Shown piece by piece: positions 63,376 through 64,000 of a stretch of DNA of 64,000 bases. A program made the translations under genes and the position numbers. This DNA comes from Botryllus schlosseri (taxonomy: Eukaryota), in assembly GCA_051294905.1 (NCBI GenBank), contig CM119371.1, forward strand, positions 28,522,001-28,586,000, given 5' to 3'. The notes beneath the pieces are model-generated. The model did no database searches and had not been told where the DNA came from. It was given only the letters and a program-made list of their open reading frames with translations. How positions within the stretch are numbered: the stretch's first letter is position 1; each line of letters opens with the position of its first letter.

Positions 63376-64000
63376 TGCGGTAAGACTGGAAACAGTACAT
63401 AGCCTAACTGACGTAAACATACATGGTCATAAATAACACTCCAACAACACATAACATCAATGAAATAAGAGACATTTCTGTAGTCTCTGGAAAACTTCAA
63501 ACGAAATATATATATTGTAATCAAGGTAAAGCAAAATGAAGTAATCTTCAACATAATCTAGTAGCGCATAAGCATATATAATCAAGTGACAATGTCATTG
63601 TGCAGTTCAACTCAAATGTCCGCCATGTAGCCTACAAATCAGTCTGCATTACAGGGTTGGTGCACAATAAGGCCTGTATAGAATCAATGTCCCGTCCCTT
63701 ACTGTAACTAAGACAATAACTGCTGCTCACCTGTTCCATTAGGCAAAACGTACTGAGATGTGAGATTCTAGTCAGACAATAATTAGCCTACATTTGGTTC
63801 GTGCATAAAATCCGATCAGTAAGTACAAGTTTCAAATTCCACTTTCCCATCTAATTCTAAACCAGTGTTTCTTGACCTTTTCAGCGTTCGTACCCCTTGA
63901 GATTTTAATAAAGATTTCGAGTAACCTCTCCCCTGTCCATTTTCAACACAAACTCTGATGAACCTTGATTAAAATCAAAAACACCATAACATGAAATAGT

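Overview
AT-rich, repeat-dense animal (probably invertebrate) genomic DNA with no prokaryotic operons, rRNA/tRNA genes or CRISPR arrays that I can support. There are three main parts. (1) 12.2-25.4 kb is a nested transposon stack. A THAP/P-element (29-bp TIRs, 8-bp TSD) is split by a young 8.1-kb LTR element with ~99% identical LTRs and a GCAC TSD. That element encodes a CsRn1-type Ty3/Gypsy Gag, a -1 frameshifted short ORF in place of pol, and a ~761-aa envelope resembling class III viral fusogens (herpes gB/rhabdo G-like). The envelope's signal peptide has been cut off by a CACTG DNA transposon. (2) 27-47 kb holds six tandem minus-strand multi-C2H2 zinc-finger genes with non-canonical HAGVKNHKC linkers: three long and three recently triplicated short copies. 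(3) 47-63 kb contains nested MITEs and foldback elements, plus a Penelope-like inverted-repeat insertion carrying two minimal hammerhead ribozymes. At 3.3-5.6 kb a deleted hAT element interrupts an otherwise continuous ~200-codon unknown ORF. All family assignments come from motif recognition by eye, with no database searches.
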